Notes: generated by a model not told the origin, from the letters alone. 64,000 bases of DNA from an uncultured Actinomycetes bacterium (GCA_963723985.1 CAVRTC010000005.1:567-64566), one strand, 5' to 3'. Numbered from the stretch's first letter, positions 45,981 to 55,786 are shown. Program-made: numbers and translations.

Positions 45981-46400
45981 TCAGGCGGAGACAACGCCCT
46001 GTTCCTTCCACAAGGCATTGACGCCGGCCACGACCTCGTCGATCGGCGTCCCGGTCGGGAACACGGCGTCGACGCCGATCTCCAGCAGGGCCCGACAGTC
46101 CGACGCCGGGATCGTCCCGCCGATCACCAGCTTGACGTCGTCGAGGCCGGCCGTCGCCAGGGCCTCCCGCACCTGGCGGGCCAGGCCGAGGTGGGCGCCG
46201 GACAGCACCGACAGGCCGACCAGATCGACGTCCTCCTGCAGGGCCAGCTCGGCAATCACCCCGACCTTCTGGCGGATCCCGGTGTAGATCACCTCGTAGC
46301 CGGCGTCGCGCAGCGCCCGGGCCACGATCTTGGCCCCCCGGTCATGGCCGTCGAGGCCCGGCTTGGCCACCAGCACCCGCCGCGGCGACCCGGGAGCCAT
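45981..46400 (-). CDS. Methylmalonyl-CoA-mutase-family small subunit (cobalamin-binding domain)
   Basis: RVLVAKPGLDGHDRGAKIVARALRDAGYEVIYTG (DxHxxG B12 motif). Overlaps the large-subunit stop. Confidence 0.85.
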   Translation of the reverse strand: MAPGSPRRVLVAKPGLDGHDRGAKIVARALRDAGYEVIYTGIRQKVGVIAELALQEDVDLVGLSVLSGAHLGLARQVREALATAGLDDVKLVIGGTIPASDCRALLEIGVDAVFPTGTPIDEVVAGVNALWKEQGVVSA

Positions 46401-48004
46401 CAGAAGACCACCGGCTGGCGGTACTCGCCCCACACGTCCCGCAGGGCCTGGGTGATCTCCCCGACGGTGGCGTAGGCCTCGACCGCCTCGACCAGCAGGG
46501 GCATGAGGTTCACGTCGGGCTGGGTGGCCGCCGTCTGCAGCTCCTTCAGGGCCCGCCCGACATCAGCGGCGGAGCGGGACGCCCTCACCTCGGCCAGCCG
46601 GTCGAGCTGGCGTTGCCGGCCGGCGGCGTCGAGCCCGAAGATCTGAAGGTCGGCCGGCGGCTCGTTGGTCTGGAAGATGTTCACGCCCACGATGGGCCGC
46701 TCGCCGCTCTCGATCATCCGCTGCGCCTTCCACGCCTCCTCGGCGATGAGGCCCTGCACGTAACCATCCTCGATGGCCCGCACCATGCCGCCGTGGTCGT
46801 CGAGGTCGGCCATGATCGCCACCAGCTGCTCCTCCATGGCGTCGGTCAGCGACTCCACGAACCACGAGCCGCCCAGCGGGTCGACCGTGCGGGCCACGCC
46901 CGTCTCGTAGGCCAGGATCTGCTGCGTGCGCAGCGCCAGCGTCGTGGACTCCTCGGTCGGAAGGGCGAAGGGTTCGTCCCACGCCGAGGTGAACATCGAC
47001 TGCACCCCGCCCAGCACCGACGCCAGGGCCTCGTAGGCCACCCGCACGATGTTGTTCTGGGCCTGCGGTGCGTGGAGCGTGGAACCACCGGCCACGCAGC
47101 CCATGCGGAACAGGCACGACGAGTCGTTCTGCGCCCCCCACCTCTCCTTGACCAGCCGGGCCCAGCGTCTCCGGCCGGCCCGGTACTTGGCGATCTCCTC
47201 GAAGAAGTCGTTGTGCGTGTAGAAGAAGAACGACACCTGGGGGGCGAACTCGTCGATCGTCATCCGCCCCCGTTCCAGCACGGCGTCGACGTAGGTGACG
47301 CCGTCGGCCAGCGTGAAGGCCATCTCCTGGGCGGCGGTGCAGCCGGCGTCGCGGAAGTGCGCCCCGGCCACCGAGATGGCGTTGTAGCGGGGGACGTGCG
47401 CGGCGCAGAACTCGATCGTGTCGACGATGAGTCGGATCGACGGTTCCGGCGGCCAGATCCAGGTGCCCCGGGCGACGTACTCCTTCAGGATGTCGTTCTG
47501 GATCGTGCCCCGCAGCCGGCTCGGAGGGACGCCCTGCTTCTTTCCCACCGCCACGTAGAAGGCCAGCATGATGGCCGCCGTGCCGTTGACCGTCCACGAC
47601 GTCGACACCTGATCGAGCGGTATGCCGTCGAAGAGGATCTCGGCGTCGGCCAACGTGTCGAGGGCCACGCCGACGCGGCCCACCTCCTCGGTCACGTCGG
47701 GGTCATCGGAGTCGTAGCCGATCTGGGTCGGAAGGTCGGCGGCCACCGACAAGCCGGTCCCCCCGTTGTCCAGCAGGTACTTGTAGCGGGCGTTGGTCTC
47801 GTCGGCCGTGCCGAACCCGCTGTACTGCCGGAACGTCCACAGCTTGTGGCGGTAGCCGGAGGCGAAGTTCCCCCGGGTGAACGGGAAGGTGCCGGGGTCG
47901 CCGATGTCGGCGTAGTCGAGCTTCGTCGTCTCCGGTGAGTACAGCGGCGCCACCGGGATGCCGCTCTCGGTCGTGACCGGGGCTGGTTCCTCTGCCTCGC
48001 TCAT
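46400..48004 (-). CDS. Methylmalonyl-CoA-mutase-family large (catalytic) subunit
   Basis: FPFTRGNFASGYRHKLWTFRQYSGFGTADETNARYKYLL..TIQNDILKEYVARGTWIWP. Intact 534 aa. Tyr (RQY) and Arg (VARG) sit at the positions that I recall distinguish MCM-type from ICM-type enzymes. Confidence 0.85.
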   Translation of the reverse strand: MSEAEEPAPVTTESGIPVAPLYSPETTKLDYADIGDPGTFPFTRGNFASGYRHKLWTFRQYSGFGTADETNARYKYLLDNGGTGLSVAADLPTQIGYDSDDPDVTEEVGRVGVALDTLADAEILFDGIPLDQVSTSWTVNGTAAIMLAFYVAVGKKQGVPPSRLRGTIQNDILKEYVARGTWIWPPEPSIRLIVDTIEFCAAHVPRYNAISVAGAHFRDAGCTAAQEMAFTLADGVTYVDAVLERGRMTIDEFAPQVSFFFYTHNDFFEEIAKYRAGRRRWARLVKERWGAQNDSSCLFRMGCVAGGSTLHAPQAQNNIVRVAYEALASVLGGVQSMFTSAWDEPFALPTEESTTLALRTQQILAYETGVARTVDPLGGSWFVESLTDAMEEQLVAIMADLDDHGGMVRAIEDGYVQGLIAEEAWKAQRMIESGERPIVGVNIFQTNEPPADLQIFGLDAAGRQRQLDRLAEVRASRSAADVGRALKELQTAATQPDVNLMPLLVEAVEAYATVGEITQALRDVWGEYRQPVVF

Positions 48005-48023
48005 GCCGCCCCCTTCCAGTAGG

Positions 48024-48048
48024 CTTCTGATATGTTACATATCAGAAG
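48024..48048. promoter_or_regulatory. 25-bp perfect AT-rich palindrome (candidate GntR operator) between the mutase and GntR start codons
   Basis: cttctgatatgt-t-acatatcagaag with 12-bp perfect arms. Contains a GT-N-AC core. Covers the GntR ATG (48032) and lies 20-44 nt upstream of the mutase ATG (48004). Confidence 0.6.
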
Positions 48049-48697
48049 GGACGGGCGCGGCATCGGTGGGACCGTCCGGGCCCGGGCGGCCGAGGAGCTC
48101 CGCAACCGGATCCTGACCGGCGCCCTCGGTCCCGGCACCCGTCTCGATCTCGACGCCGTCTGCGCCGAATTCGGCGCCAGCCGCACGCCGGTCCGGGAGG
48201 CGCTGCTGGAGCTGTCCTACGAGGGGCTGGTGGAAGTGGCGCCCCGGAGCGGAATCACGGTCATCGGCCTCAGCCCCCGGGACGTGCTCGACAACTTCGC
48301 CATCCTCGGCACGCTGGCCGGCAAGGCGGCCGAGTGGGCGGCCGCCCGCATCACCGACGAGGAACTCACCCACATCCGGGACCTGGGCGAGGCCGTCAAC
48401 CGGGAGGACGACCTCGTGGCGGCCAACTGGAGGTTCCACCGGGCGGTTCACCGGGCCTCGGGGTCACCCCGGATCCTGGCGCTGATCCGCCAGACGGTCG
48501 GTGTCGTGCCGACCAACTTCTTCGACGTGTTCCCCGATCAGGGCCAGCACACCGCCGCCGACCACGACGAGCTGGTGGTGGCCCTGGCCGGCCACGATGG
48601 GGCCGGGGCCCGGGCCGCGGCCGAGCGCCATGTGACCGAGGCCGGCGCCGCCCTGGCCCGCTTTCTGGAAGAGGGGCCTCGGCGCCAGCTGAGCTGA
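48032..48697 (+). CDS. GntR-family (FadR/FCD subfamily) transcriptional regulator
   Basis: AAEELRNRILTGALGPGTRLDLDAVCAEFGASRTPVREALLELSYEGLVEVAPRSG plus a helical FCD-like C-domain. Confidence 0.85.
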   Translation: MLHIRRDGRGIGGTVRARAAEELRNRILTGALGPGTRLDLDAVCAEFGASRTPVREALLELSYEGLVEVAPRSGITVIGLSPRDVLDNFAILGTLAGKAAEWAAARITDEELTHIRDLGEAVNREDDLVAANWRFHRAVHRASGSPRILALIRQTVGVVPTNFFDVFPDQGQHTAADHDELVVALAGHDGAGARAAAERHVTEAGAALARFLEEGPRRQLS

Positions 48698-48720
48698 CGC
48701 CGAGGAACCCCCCTTGCTTG

Positions 48721-49452
48721 CTACGACCGGAGCGGCTTCCCCAGTGGGTACCCCGGCCCGCCGAGTGACTGGTCGGCCGCGCTCAGCCAGATGTAGGCGC
48801 CGAGGGCGGCGAAGGTGAAGACGACGGCCCCGGCGACCTTGGTCAGGTCGGCCGGGTTGTCTCCGCTGTTGGCAATGAACAGGATCCACAGCGCGGCGTC
48901 CACCAGCGCGACGTCGACCGTGTAGGCCAACGGCAGCCGCATGGTGGAGATCGTGAGGAGGGCCATCGTGATGGCCCACGCCAGGAGGAACGCCTTCACG
49001 GTGTCCCCCACCACCGCCTTGTCCGTCTCCGCCAATGCTGCGAGACCCAACCAGCCGTTCAGCGCGCCCAGGACCAGCAACGTGTAACTGATCCAGAATC
49101 CGCAGAACACGCCGAAGGCTGCGGCGACATATGTCTGCCCCAGGTAGGCGGCCCAGATCGCCGAGACCATGAGGCCGAAGGCGGTGGCGCCCGCGATGAT
49201 CGGTATCGGGGCTCCCAGCGCACCCTGATTCACAAAGCCCACTAACTCGAGGCCTAGGCAGGTGGACCCGACCACAAAGACGAGCCAGCCGAAGACCTGG
49301 GGATCACCCGTGATCTTGGTTGGCACTGCCACTTCCCTAATGACCTCTACGGCCGCTTGTTTTGAACTTTCCACACTGACTTCCGTCAACGTGCCCTCCC
49401 CTCTCTGGGGCGCATCAGCTAAGGCGAACACGCTATGCAGCACGCCCGCCAC
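48721..49452 (-). CDS. GPR1/FUN34/YaaH (SatP-like) acetate/succinate transporter family protein
   Basis: Six-TM protein ..GDPQVFGWLVFVVGSTCLGLELVGF..GFWISYTLLVLG..AFLLAWAITMALLTIST... The start is uncertain (GTG 49452 or an internal TTG/GTG). GC is visibly lower than in the neighbours. Confidence 0.6.
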   Translation of the reverse strand: MAGVLHSVFALADAPQRGEGTLTEVSVESSKQAAVEVIREVAVPTKITGDPQVFGWLVFVVGSTCLGLELVGFVNQGALGAPIPIIAGATAFGLMVSAIWAAYLGQTYVAAAFGVFCGFWISYTLLVLGALNGWLGLAALAETDKAVVGDTVKAFLLAWAITMALLTISTMRLPLAYTVDVALVDAALWILFIANSGDNPADLTKVAGAVVFTFAALGAYIWLSAADQSLGGPGYPLGKPLRS

Positions 49453-49481
49453 TTAAGGCTTCATCACTTGGACTCGCCAGG

Positions 49482-49506
49482 AAAGGCGTGGAATCAGCCT
49501 TTTTTT
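49482..49506 (+). terminator. Plus-strand hairpin followed by a T7 run with no annotated plus-strand gene upstream
   Basis: aaaggc-gtggaatca-gccttt followed by tttt (T run 49500-49506). Both flanking genes are on the minus strand. Confidence 0.35.
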
Positions 49507-49641
49507 CGCGTATGCGCGGAGTGGAAGAGTCTGCTACGTCGGGATGCGGCTGCCGAACATCTGGACGGCGCCCGGCTCGAAGGCCGGAGAGGCCGCCTCC
49601 GAGGGCTCCGAACCGCCCAGGTGCATGTCGCCTGGGTACGG

Positions 49642-50524
49642 CTAGGAGGCGATGAACGGGTAGCCGTGGGCGTCCCAGGTGAAGGGCTCAGCCCGGATCT
49701 CGCGGTCGGCCCAGCCCGGATCGTGGCTCAGTTTCCGGTGGTAGACGAAGTGGCCCTGCCCGTCGACCTCGATGAAGCAGCCGTGACCGCCGCCGGTCAG
49801 GATCGGGCGAGGGAGCTTCGTCCAGGAGGACGGGTCGAGGATCTCGCCCCCGGTCCACTCCAGCAGGCCCACCTTGTACTCCGGCGTCCAGCTGGCGTCG
49901 GCCGAGAAGGCGATGAAGAGCTTCCCGTCCCGGGAGTTGCGGAGGATCTGGGGCCCCTCGTTGAGCGGCGCGATCCGCATGCTCCCATTCCAGGTCGGGG
50001 CTGGAGATCCGGACCCGCTCGCCGCTGATCGTGCCGGGATCGGCCATCAGGGCGATGTAGAGGTGCTGGGGAAACCCGTCGTTGGCGCCCTCCCAGCCCG
50101 ACCAGACGGCGTAGAGCCGACCCTCGTGCTGGAGCACGGTCATGTCGATGGCCCACGTGTCGTGGCGGGGATCGCAGACCTTCCCCAGCGCGTGGTACGG
50201 CCCGAGGGGATGGTCGGCCTCGAGCACGTACATGCGGTGGTTCTCGTTCTGGCCGTCGCTGGCGGCGTAGTACACGTACCACCGCCCGCCGATCTCGTGG
50301 AGCTCCGGGGCCCACAGCTGCCGGCCCCGGGCGCTGCCCCGGAGGGGCTTCCAGATGACCGTCGATGGTGTTGCGGTGCATCCGGTCGAGGTCGGCGAAC
50401 CGCTTGATGACGATCCGCCGGTCGTTGCGGGCCGTCTGGATCAGCAGGAACGCGCCTTCGTGGGAACGACGAACGGGTCCTGACCCGGGAACGGCTTGCG
50501 TTCCCGGAAGCTGTCCAGGATCAC
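49642..50524 (-). pseudogene. Glycoside hydrolase family 43-like protein, about three frameshifts
   Basis: LWAPELHEIGGRWYVYYAASDGQNENHRMYVLEAD..DMTVLQHEGRLYAVWSGWEG (49688..50275 frame). IAPLNEGPQILRNSRDGKLFIAFSADASW (49642..49980). The N-terminus is in two other frames. GTGA overlap with the upstream gene. Confidence 0.6.
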
Positions 50525-51075
50525 GGCTGGAGGCCGAGAGGCCGCAGGATGCGGTCGGTGCCGAGGCTGAGGAGCCAGCCGGTGGTGAGCAGGATCCACA
50601 CCGTCAGGCTGGCGTGGGCGATCTTGATGTTGTCCTCGTCGCGCATGTAGTCGGTGATCGCCTTGAACCAGAAGACGCTGCGGACGAGCCGGCGGAGCGG
50701 GCGGTTGTGGATGTCGGTCGACATGGCGTCGACGCACCACACGACGAAGGACATCGTCACCTGGGCCAGCAGGATGAAGACCACCTTGCGGGAGCCCGTC
50801 CGGTCGTACTCCAGGGTGACGAGCCAGCCGATGGTGGTGAGCAACCAGACGATCGCCGCGAACCGCCCCAGCTTGGGGAAGTTCCGGTGGGTGAACCAGC
50901 GGCCGAGGGTGACGGGCCACAGGACGGCCCGGACGAGCCGCTCGAACGGGCGACGGGGAGGCCCGTCAGGCAGGGAATCGGCGCACAGCACGATGAACGC
51001 CAAGGTCAATTCCACAAGAACCAAGGCAGCCATGGGGTGTGCTCCGACCGAAGGCAGCGTGCCGCTGCGAGCCAA
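50521..51075 (-). CDS. Hypothetical membrane protein with internal duplication
   Basis: Two similar halves: RPFERLVRAVLWPV..AAIVWLLTTIGWLVTLEYDR and RPLRRLVRSVFWFK..LTVWILLTTGWLLSLGTDR. Probable start MAALVLVE at 51033. Confidence 0.45.
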   Translation of the reverse strand: MARSGTLPSVGAHPMAALVLVELTLAFIVLCADSLPDGPPRRPFERLVRAVLWPVTLGRWFTHRNFPKLGRFAAIVWLLTTIGWLVTLEYDRTGSRKVVFILLAQVTMSFVVWCVDAMSTDIHNRPLRRLVRSVFWFKAITDYMRDEDNIKIAHASLTVWILLTTGWLLSLGTDRILRPLGLQP

Positions 51076-51111
51076 CGGGTTGTGTCCATCTTGTTTCCCG
51101 GCAGGCAGACG

Positions 51112-52051
51112 TCAATTTCCTGCGAAATGTTTCAGAACCGGTGACAGCCTTGGGGTGTTGGCCATGAATGCCCAGATCGCCTCGGCCCACTGCTCGTTGA
51201 AGGCCGGGACGTGGCCGCCGTCCTCGATGGTCCACAGCCGGACGTCGCGGCCCCCCGGGCAGCCGGTGTAGGCCTCTTCGAACGTCTCGTCGCCGCCGAC
51301 CGCCCGGTCGAGGTCGAACTTGCGGCCGGTGGCGGCCGAGGGACCCGCACAGCCGTTCTTCTGCGCCCAGTCGCCGACCGTCTCGACGGCGCCGGGGTAG
51401 AAGGCGCCATTGGGCATGGTGCCGCCCTCGTAGTTGAATGGTGCCGTCGTTCCGGCCGTGGACGTGGAGGACCGACACCGGGGCGACGACCCTCCGCAGC
51501 GGCTCTGGTCCTTCCACTGCATCCCGGCCAGGGTGACGATGGCGGCGACCCGAGCGGAGCGGTCGCAGGCGTAGCGGTGGGCCATGAAGGCGCCGTTGGA
51601 GTGGCCGACCAGGAACACCCGGGCCGGGTCGACCGGGTACTGGCCGGCGATCTCGTCGATCACGGCGTCGAGGTAGGCGACGTCGTCGACGCCGGAGCGG
51701 AAGAAGTCGCAGCAGGCGTCGGTGCCGTTCCAGAACCGGTTCCCGAAGAAGTCGCGGGTGCCGTTGGGGGTGGCGAGGAGGAACCCGGCCCTGTCGGCCT
51801 CCGGCGGCAGGCCGAAGTAGGCGGCCTGGGCGGCGCCGCTGGACGTGTAGCCGTGGAGGAGCACGACCAGCGGAACCGGGTGCCTGCCCGTCGTAGCCGG
51901 CGGGCACTTTGAGCCCGTACGGGCGGTTCGCGGTAGGGCTGGCCTTGGCCTTCTGGCCGGCTTTGGCGGTCGGGCCGGCCGACGACGGTAGGGCGAGCCC
52001 TCCCCCCACCAGGGCCAGGATCACGAACACCGACGCGAGCCATCGCCTCAT
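51112..52051 (-). pseudogene. PHB-depolymerase-family/LpqC-like secreted esterase, about three frameshifts
   Basis: Signal peptide MRRWLASVFVILALVGGGLALPSSA. LLHGYTSSGAAQAAYF. Nucleophile elbow VGHSNGAFM. C-terminus WTIEDGGHVPAF. Shifts near 51885, 51480 and 51440. Confidence 0.6.
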
Positions 52052-52089
52052 GAAACAAACGACGTATCGGGCGGCGGAGGCATTCGGTT

Positions 52090-52899
52090 TCATGTCGGTG
52101 TCCGCCGCAGGGTGCGGATCAGCTGGTGGTCGGGGGTGAAGAGGCGCCGCAGCGTCAGCTCGCCGCTGACCAGGGCGGCGAAGGCGTTGCCGCCGAGGAG
52201 CATGTACATCACCACCAGCTGCAGCCGGATGGCCGCCAGCGGGGAGGCCCCGGCCAGGATCATTCCCGTCATCGCCCCGGGGAGGGCCACGAGCCCGACG
52301 ACCTTCGTCTGGTCGACCGTCGGCAGCATGCCCGTCCGCAGGGCCAGCCGCTGCCAGGACCGGGCCGCCTGCCGGCTCGGCTGAGCCAGGGACAGGCGAG
52401 CCTCCACCTCCCGCCGGTTGGAGGCCAGGTCGTGGCGGAGGCGGCTCATGACCAGCGAGGTCGTGGTCATGGCGCTGCTGATGATCATCGACCCGAGCGG
52501 GATGACCACCCGGGAGGACCAGGGGACGATGCGCAAGGCCAGGAGCACACCCAACGTGCCGGCGGCGGCGGCCGTGATGGCCGCGGCGGCGATCGGCCGG
52601 GCGCCGGGGACTCCGGCCGCCCGCCGACCCGAGGTCAGGGTGGCCGTCCCGATCATGACCGTCAGCACCACCACCGTGAGGCCCCCCCGGCCCTGGAAGA
52701 CGAAGTCGAGGGCGTAGCCCACGGCCAGGAGCTGCACGAACGACCGGACGGTGGCCAGCCCCAGGTCGCCCTCCAGGCCGACGCGGCGCCACCGCGACAC
52801 CGCCACGGCCACCGCCACCAGCAGGAGCGACAGGGCGACGTCGCCGAAGCCGACCGGCGCAGTGAAGCCGGAACCGGACGGCGCGGAGGCCGCCGTCAC
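52090..52899 (-). CDS. fetB: FetB/YbbM-like ABC exporter permease (UPF0014)
   Basis: ..VRSFVQLLAVGYALDFVF..VVIPLGSMIISSAMTTTSL..DQTKVVGLVALPGAMTGMILAGASPL... GTGA overlap with the ATPase gene. Confidence 0.65.
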   Translation of the reverse strand: MTAASAPSGSGFTAPVGFGDVALSLLLVAVAVAVSRWRRVGLEGDLGLATVRSFVQLLAVGYALDFVFQGRGGLTVVVLTVMIGTATLTSGRRAAGVPGARPIAAAAITAAAAGTLGVLLALRIVPWSSRVVIPLGSMIISSAMTTTSLVMSRLRHDLASNRREVEARLSLAQPSRQAARSWQRLALRTGMLPTVDQTKVVGLVALPGAMTGMILAGASPLAAIRLQLVVMYMLLGGNAFAALVSGELTLRRLFTPDHQLIRTLRRTPT

Positions 52900-53507
52900 C
52901 GCCCGTCCTCCCGGGGCGGCGGTTCGACCGACACGACGTGGTCGGCGAGCTCGGCGTGGCGGGGATCGTGGGTCACCATCACCACGGTGAGGCCCGACGC
53001 GGCGAGCCCGGTGATGAGGTCCTCGATGCCGGCCTTGCTGGAGCTGTCGAGGGCCGACGTTGGCTCGTCGAGGGCCAGGACTTCGGGCTGGAGGGCAAGC
53101 GAGCGGGCCAGACACATCCGCTGCGCCTCCCCGACCGACAGGCGATCGGCCTCCCGGGCGGCGAGGGTCGGGTTGAGCCCGACGCGGGCCAACAGCGCGG
53201 CGGTGTCACCGCCGACGTTCTCGGCCACCGTCCCCGGGAACGTCACCGGCACCTGGCCGACGACCTGGACCCGGCGCCGGAGGTCGAGGACGTCGTACCG
53301 GCGCACGTCCTGGCCGGCGAACAGGACCGCCCCGCCGTCGGGGTCGTCGAGCCGGTTCAGCAGCCGCAACAGCGTCGTCTTGCCCGCTCCCGACGGGCCG
53401 ACCATGACCGTGAGCCGCCCGGCCGGGACCGCGGCCGAAAAACCGGCCACGATGGGCCCGTCGTCGCCGTCGACACGGACGTCCCGGTACTCGATCAAGA
53501 CGGTCAT
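52896..53507 (-). CDS. fetA: FetA-like ABC transporter ATP-binding protein
   Basis: Walker A GPSGAGKTT. Signature LSVGEAQR. Walker B VLALDEPTSALD. 203 aa, intact. Confidence 0.75.
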   Translation of the reverse strand: MTVLIEYRDVRVDGDDGPIVAGFSAAVPAGRLTVMVGPSGAGKTTLLRLLNRLDDPDGGAVLFAGQDVRRYDVLDLRRRVQVVGQVPVTFPGTVAENVGGDTAALLARVGLNPTLAAREADRLSVGEAQRMCLARSLALQPEVLALDEPTSALDSSSKAGIEDLITGLAASGLTVVMVTHDPRHAELADHVVSVEPPPREDGR

Positions 53508-53521
53508 GGATCACCCCTAGC

Positions 53522-54093
53522 ATGGCGGGCGTGAGCAACCCGGACGTTGACCAGCCAACCGCCCAGGGCGCGCCCGTCGGGCCGGCGTTCGTGCCGGCCG
53601 ATGTCGACCTCGCCGCCGTCGAGGCCCGCCGCTCCGAGCTCCTGGCCCGCTACCTGCAAGCCGGCGGCGGAGCGGCCGGCGTCGGCGGCCCGGGGAGTCC
53701 ACCACATCGCCCTGCATCTCGTCGGACGTCGAGCAGACGATCCGCTTCTACCAGGGGCTGCTGGAGTTCCCGCTGACGGAGATCTTCGAGAACCGCGACT
53801 ACAAGGGCTCGAACCACTTCTTCTTCGACATCGGCCACGGCAACCTGCTGGCCTTCTTCGACTTCCCCGGCCTCGAGCTCGGGCCCTACGCCGAGGTGCT
53901 GGGCGGCCTGCACCACATCGCCATCTCCGTCGACCCGGAGCGGTGGGCCCACCTCAAGGGCAAGCTCGACGCCGGCGGCCTCCCCTACCACGAGGCCAGC
54001 GGCTCGTCGATCTACCTGACCGACCCCGACGGCGCCCGGGTGGAGCTGATCTCCGACGAGCTGCTGACCATGTACGGCCACGAGGTCGGGTGA
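53522..54093 (+). pseudogene. Glyoxalase/VOC family protein, about two frameshifts
   Basis: GVHHIALHL (53547 frame), then DVEQTIRFYQGLLEFPLTEIFENRDYKGSNHFFFDIGHGNLLAFFDFPG..GLHHIAISVDPERW..SIYLTDPDGARVELI (frame of 53896..54093). Confidence 0.6.
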
Positions 54094-54095
54094 GC

Positions 54096-54866
54096 ATGAG
54101 CACTGCACTCCTACCCCAGATCGACATCCGCCGGGCCGACGACCGGTTCAAGACGAAGATCGGCTGGCTCGACTCCAAGCACTCGTTCAGCTTCAGCCGC
54201 CACTGGGATCCGGCCAACACCCACCACGGCCTGCTGCTGGTCAACAACGACGACATCGTGCTGCCCGGCGCGCGGGTTCGAGACGCACCCCCACCGCGAC
54301 ATGGAGATCGTGACCTGGGTGCTCCAGGGCTCGCTCGTCCACCAGGACTCCACCGGCACCTCCGGCGTGATCTATCCCGGGCTGGCCCAGCGGATGAGCG
54401 CCGGCACCGGCATCCTCCACTCCGAGAAGAACGACTCCTGGACGCTGGCCGGCGGCCCGCGCCACGACGAGCCCGTCCACTTCGTGCAGATGTGGGTCGT
54501 GCCCGACGAGGACGGCATCACGCCGGGCTACGAGCAGCTCGAGATCGAAGACGAGCTGCTCCGGGGCGGGCTGGTGCCGGTGGCCTCGGGGATGGACGCA
54601 GCACGACGGCCGCTCGGCCATCCGGATCCGCAACCGCTACGCCGCCCTGCACGCCGCCCGCCTCGGGTGTCGACCAGAGCGTGGAGCTGCCCGAGGCGCC
54701 GTACCTGCACCTGTTCGTGCCCCGGGGCACGGTCGACCTCGAGGGCGCCGGCACCCTGGTGGCGGGCGACGCCGTGCGGTTCACGGCCACCGGCGGCCAG
54801 AGGGTCACGGCCCTCGAACCGGCCGAGATCCTGGTCTGGGAGATGCACGCCGGCATGGCTGCCTGA
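54096..54866 (+). pseudogene. Pirin family protein, about three frameshifts
   Basis: GWLDSKHSFSFSRHWDPANTHHGLLLVNNDDIV, then GFETHPHRDMEIVTWVLQGSLVHQDS..GLAQRMSAGTGILHSE, then ..LHLFVPRGTVDLEGAG..AEILVWEM. Shifts near 54270, 54598 and 54668. Confidence 0.7.
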
Positions 54867-54877
54867 CGGCCGCGGCG

Positions 54878-55786
54878 ATGCGCTACTCGAGCTTCCTGAC
54901 CGACAACAGCCGATGGGACAGCTTCCCGCTCCGGTCCGGCGACATCATCATCAGCACCCCGGCCAAGTGCGGCACGACGTGGACCCAGATGATCTGCGCC
55001 CTGCTCATCTTCCAGACGCCGGAGTTCCCGGCGCCGCTCGACCGGCTCTCGCCCTGGCTGGAGATGCGGCTGCCGCCGGCGCCAGGAGGTCTTGGACCTC
55101 TACGAGGCCCAGACGCACCGTCGGTTCATCAAGAGCCACACGCCGCTGGACGGGCTGCCCGCCGACGAGCGCTTCACCTACATCTGCGTGGGCCGGGACC
55201 CCCGCGACGTGGCGCTGTCGTGGAACGCGCACATGCGAAAACCTCGATCTGGACACGGTCTTCAGCGCCCTGGCCGCCGCGATCGAACCCGACGACAACT
55301 TCGGACCACCCCCGCTCCGCCCGACTTCGCCGGCGAGAGCGACGCCTTCCTGTACTGGGTCGACGACCCGACTCCGCCGGAGGAGGTGGCCATGAGCCTG
55401 ACCGGAACCATCCACCACCTGGCCGGCTTCTGGGCCGATGCGGGACCGCGCACGACGTCGTCCTCCTCCACTACGACGACCTCCAGCGAGACCTCGAGGG
55501 CGAGATGCGCCGCCTGGCCAAGCGCCTCGACATCAAGGTGCCCGACGACCGCTGGCCGACGCTGGTCGAGGCGGCCACCTTCGCCAACATGCGCCGGCGG
55601 GCCGACGTGATGGCCCCCGACACCGCCAACCGGATCTGGAAGACCACCGCCGACTTCTTCCACCGGGGCACGAGCGGTCAATGGCGCGACGTCGTTGACG
55701 ACGAGGCGCTGGCCCGCTACTCCGCCCGGATGCGCGAGCTGGCCCCGCCCGATCTGGCCGACTGGCTCCACCGTGGCACCCTGTGA
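54878..55786 (+). pseudogene. Sulfotransferase-domain protein, about four frameshifts
   Basis: PAPS 5'-phosphosulfate loop [26 protein letters not shown]. 3'-phosphate motif [11 protein letters not shown] (55092 frame). C-terminus [37 protein letters not shown]. Confidence 0.7.

Noticed and set aside
46400-48004. Assigning the mutase a specific substrate (methylmalonyl-, isobutyryl-, ethylmalonyl- or hydroxyisobutyryl-CoA)
   Set aside because: I only see that the Tyr (FRQY) and Arg (YVARG) positions look MCM/ECM-like. Without an alignment and tree this cannot discriminate among family members, so the call stays at family level.
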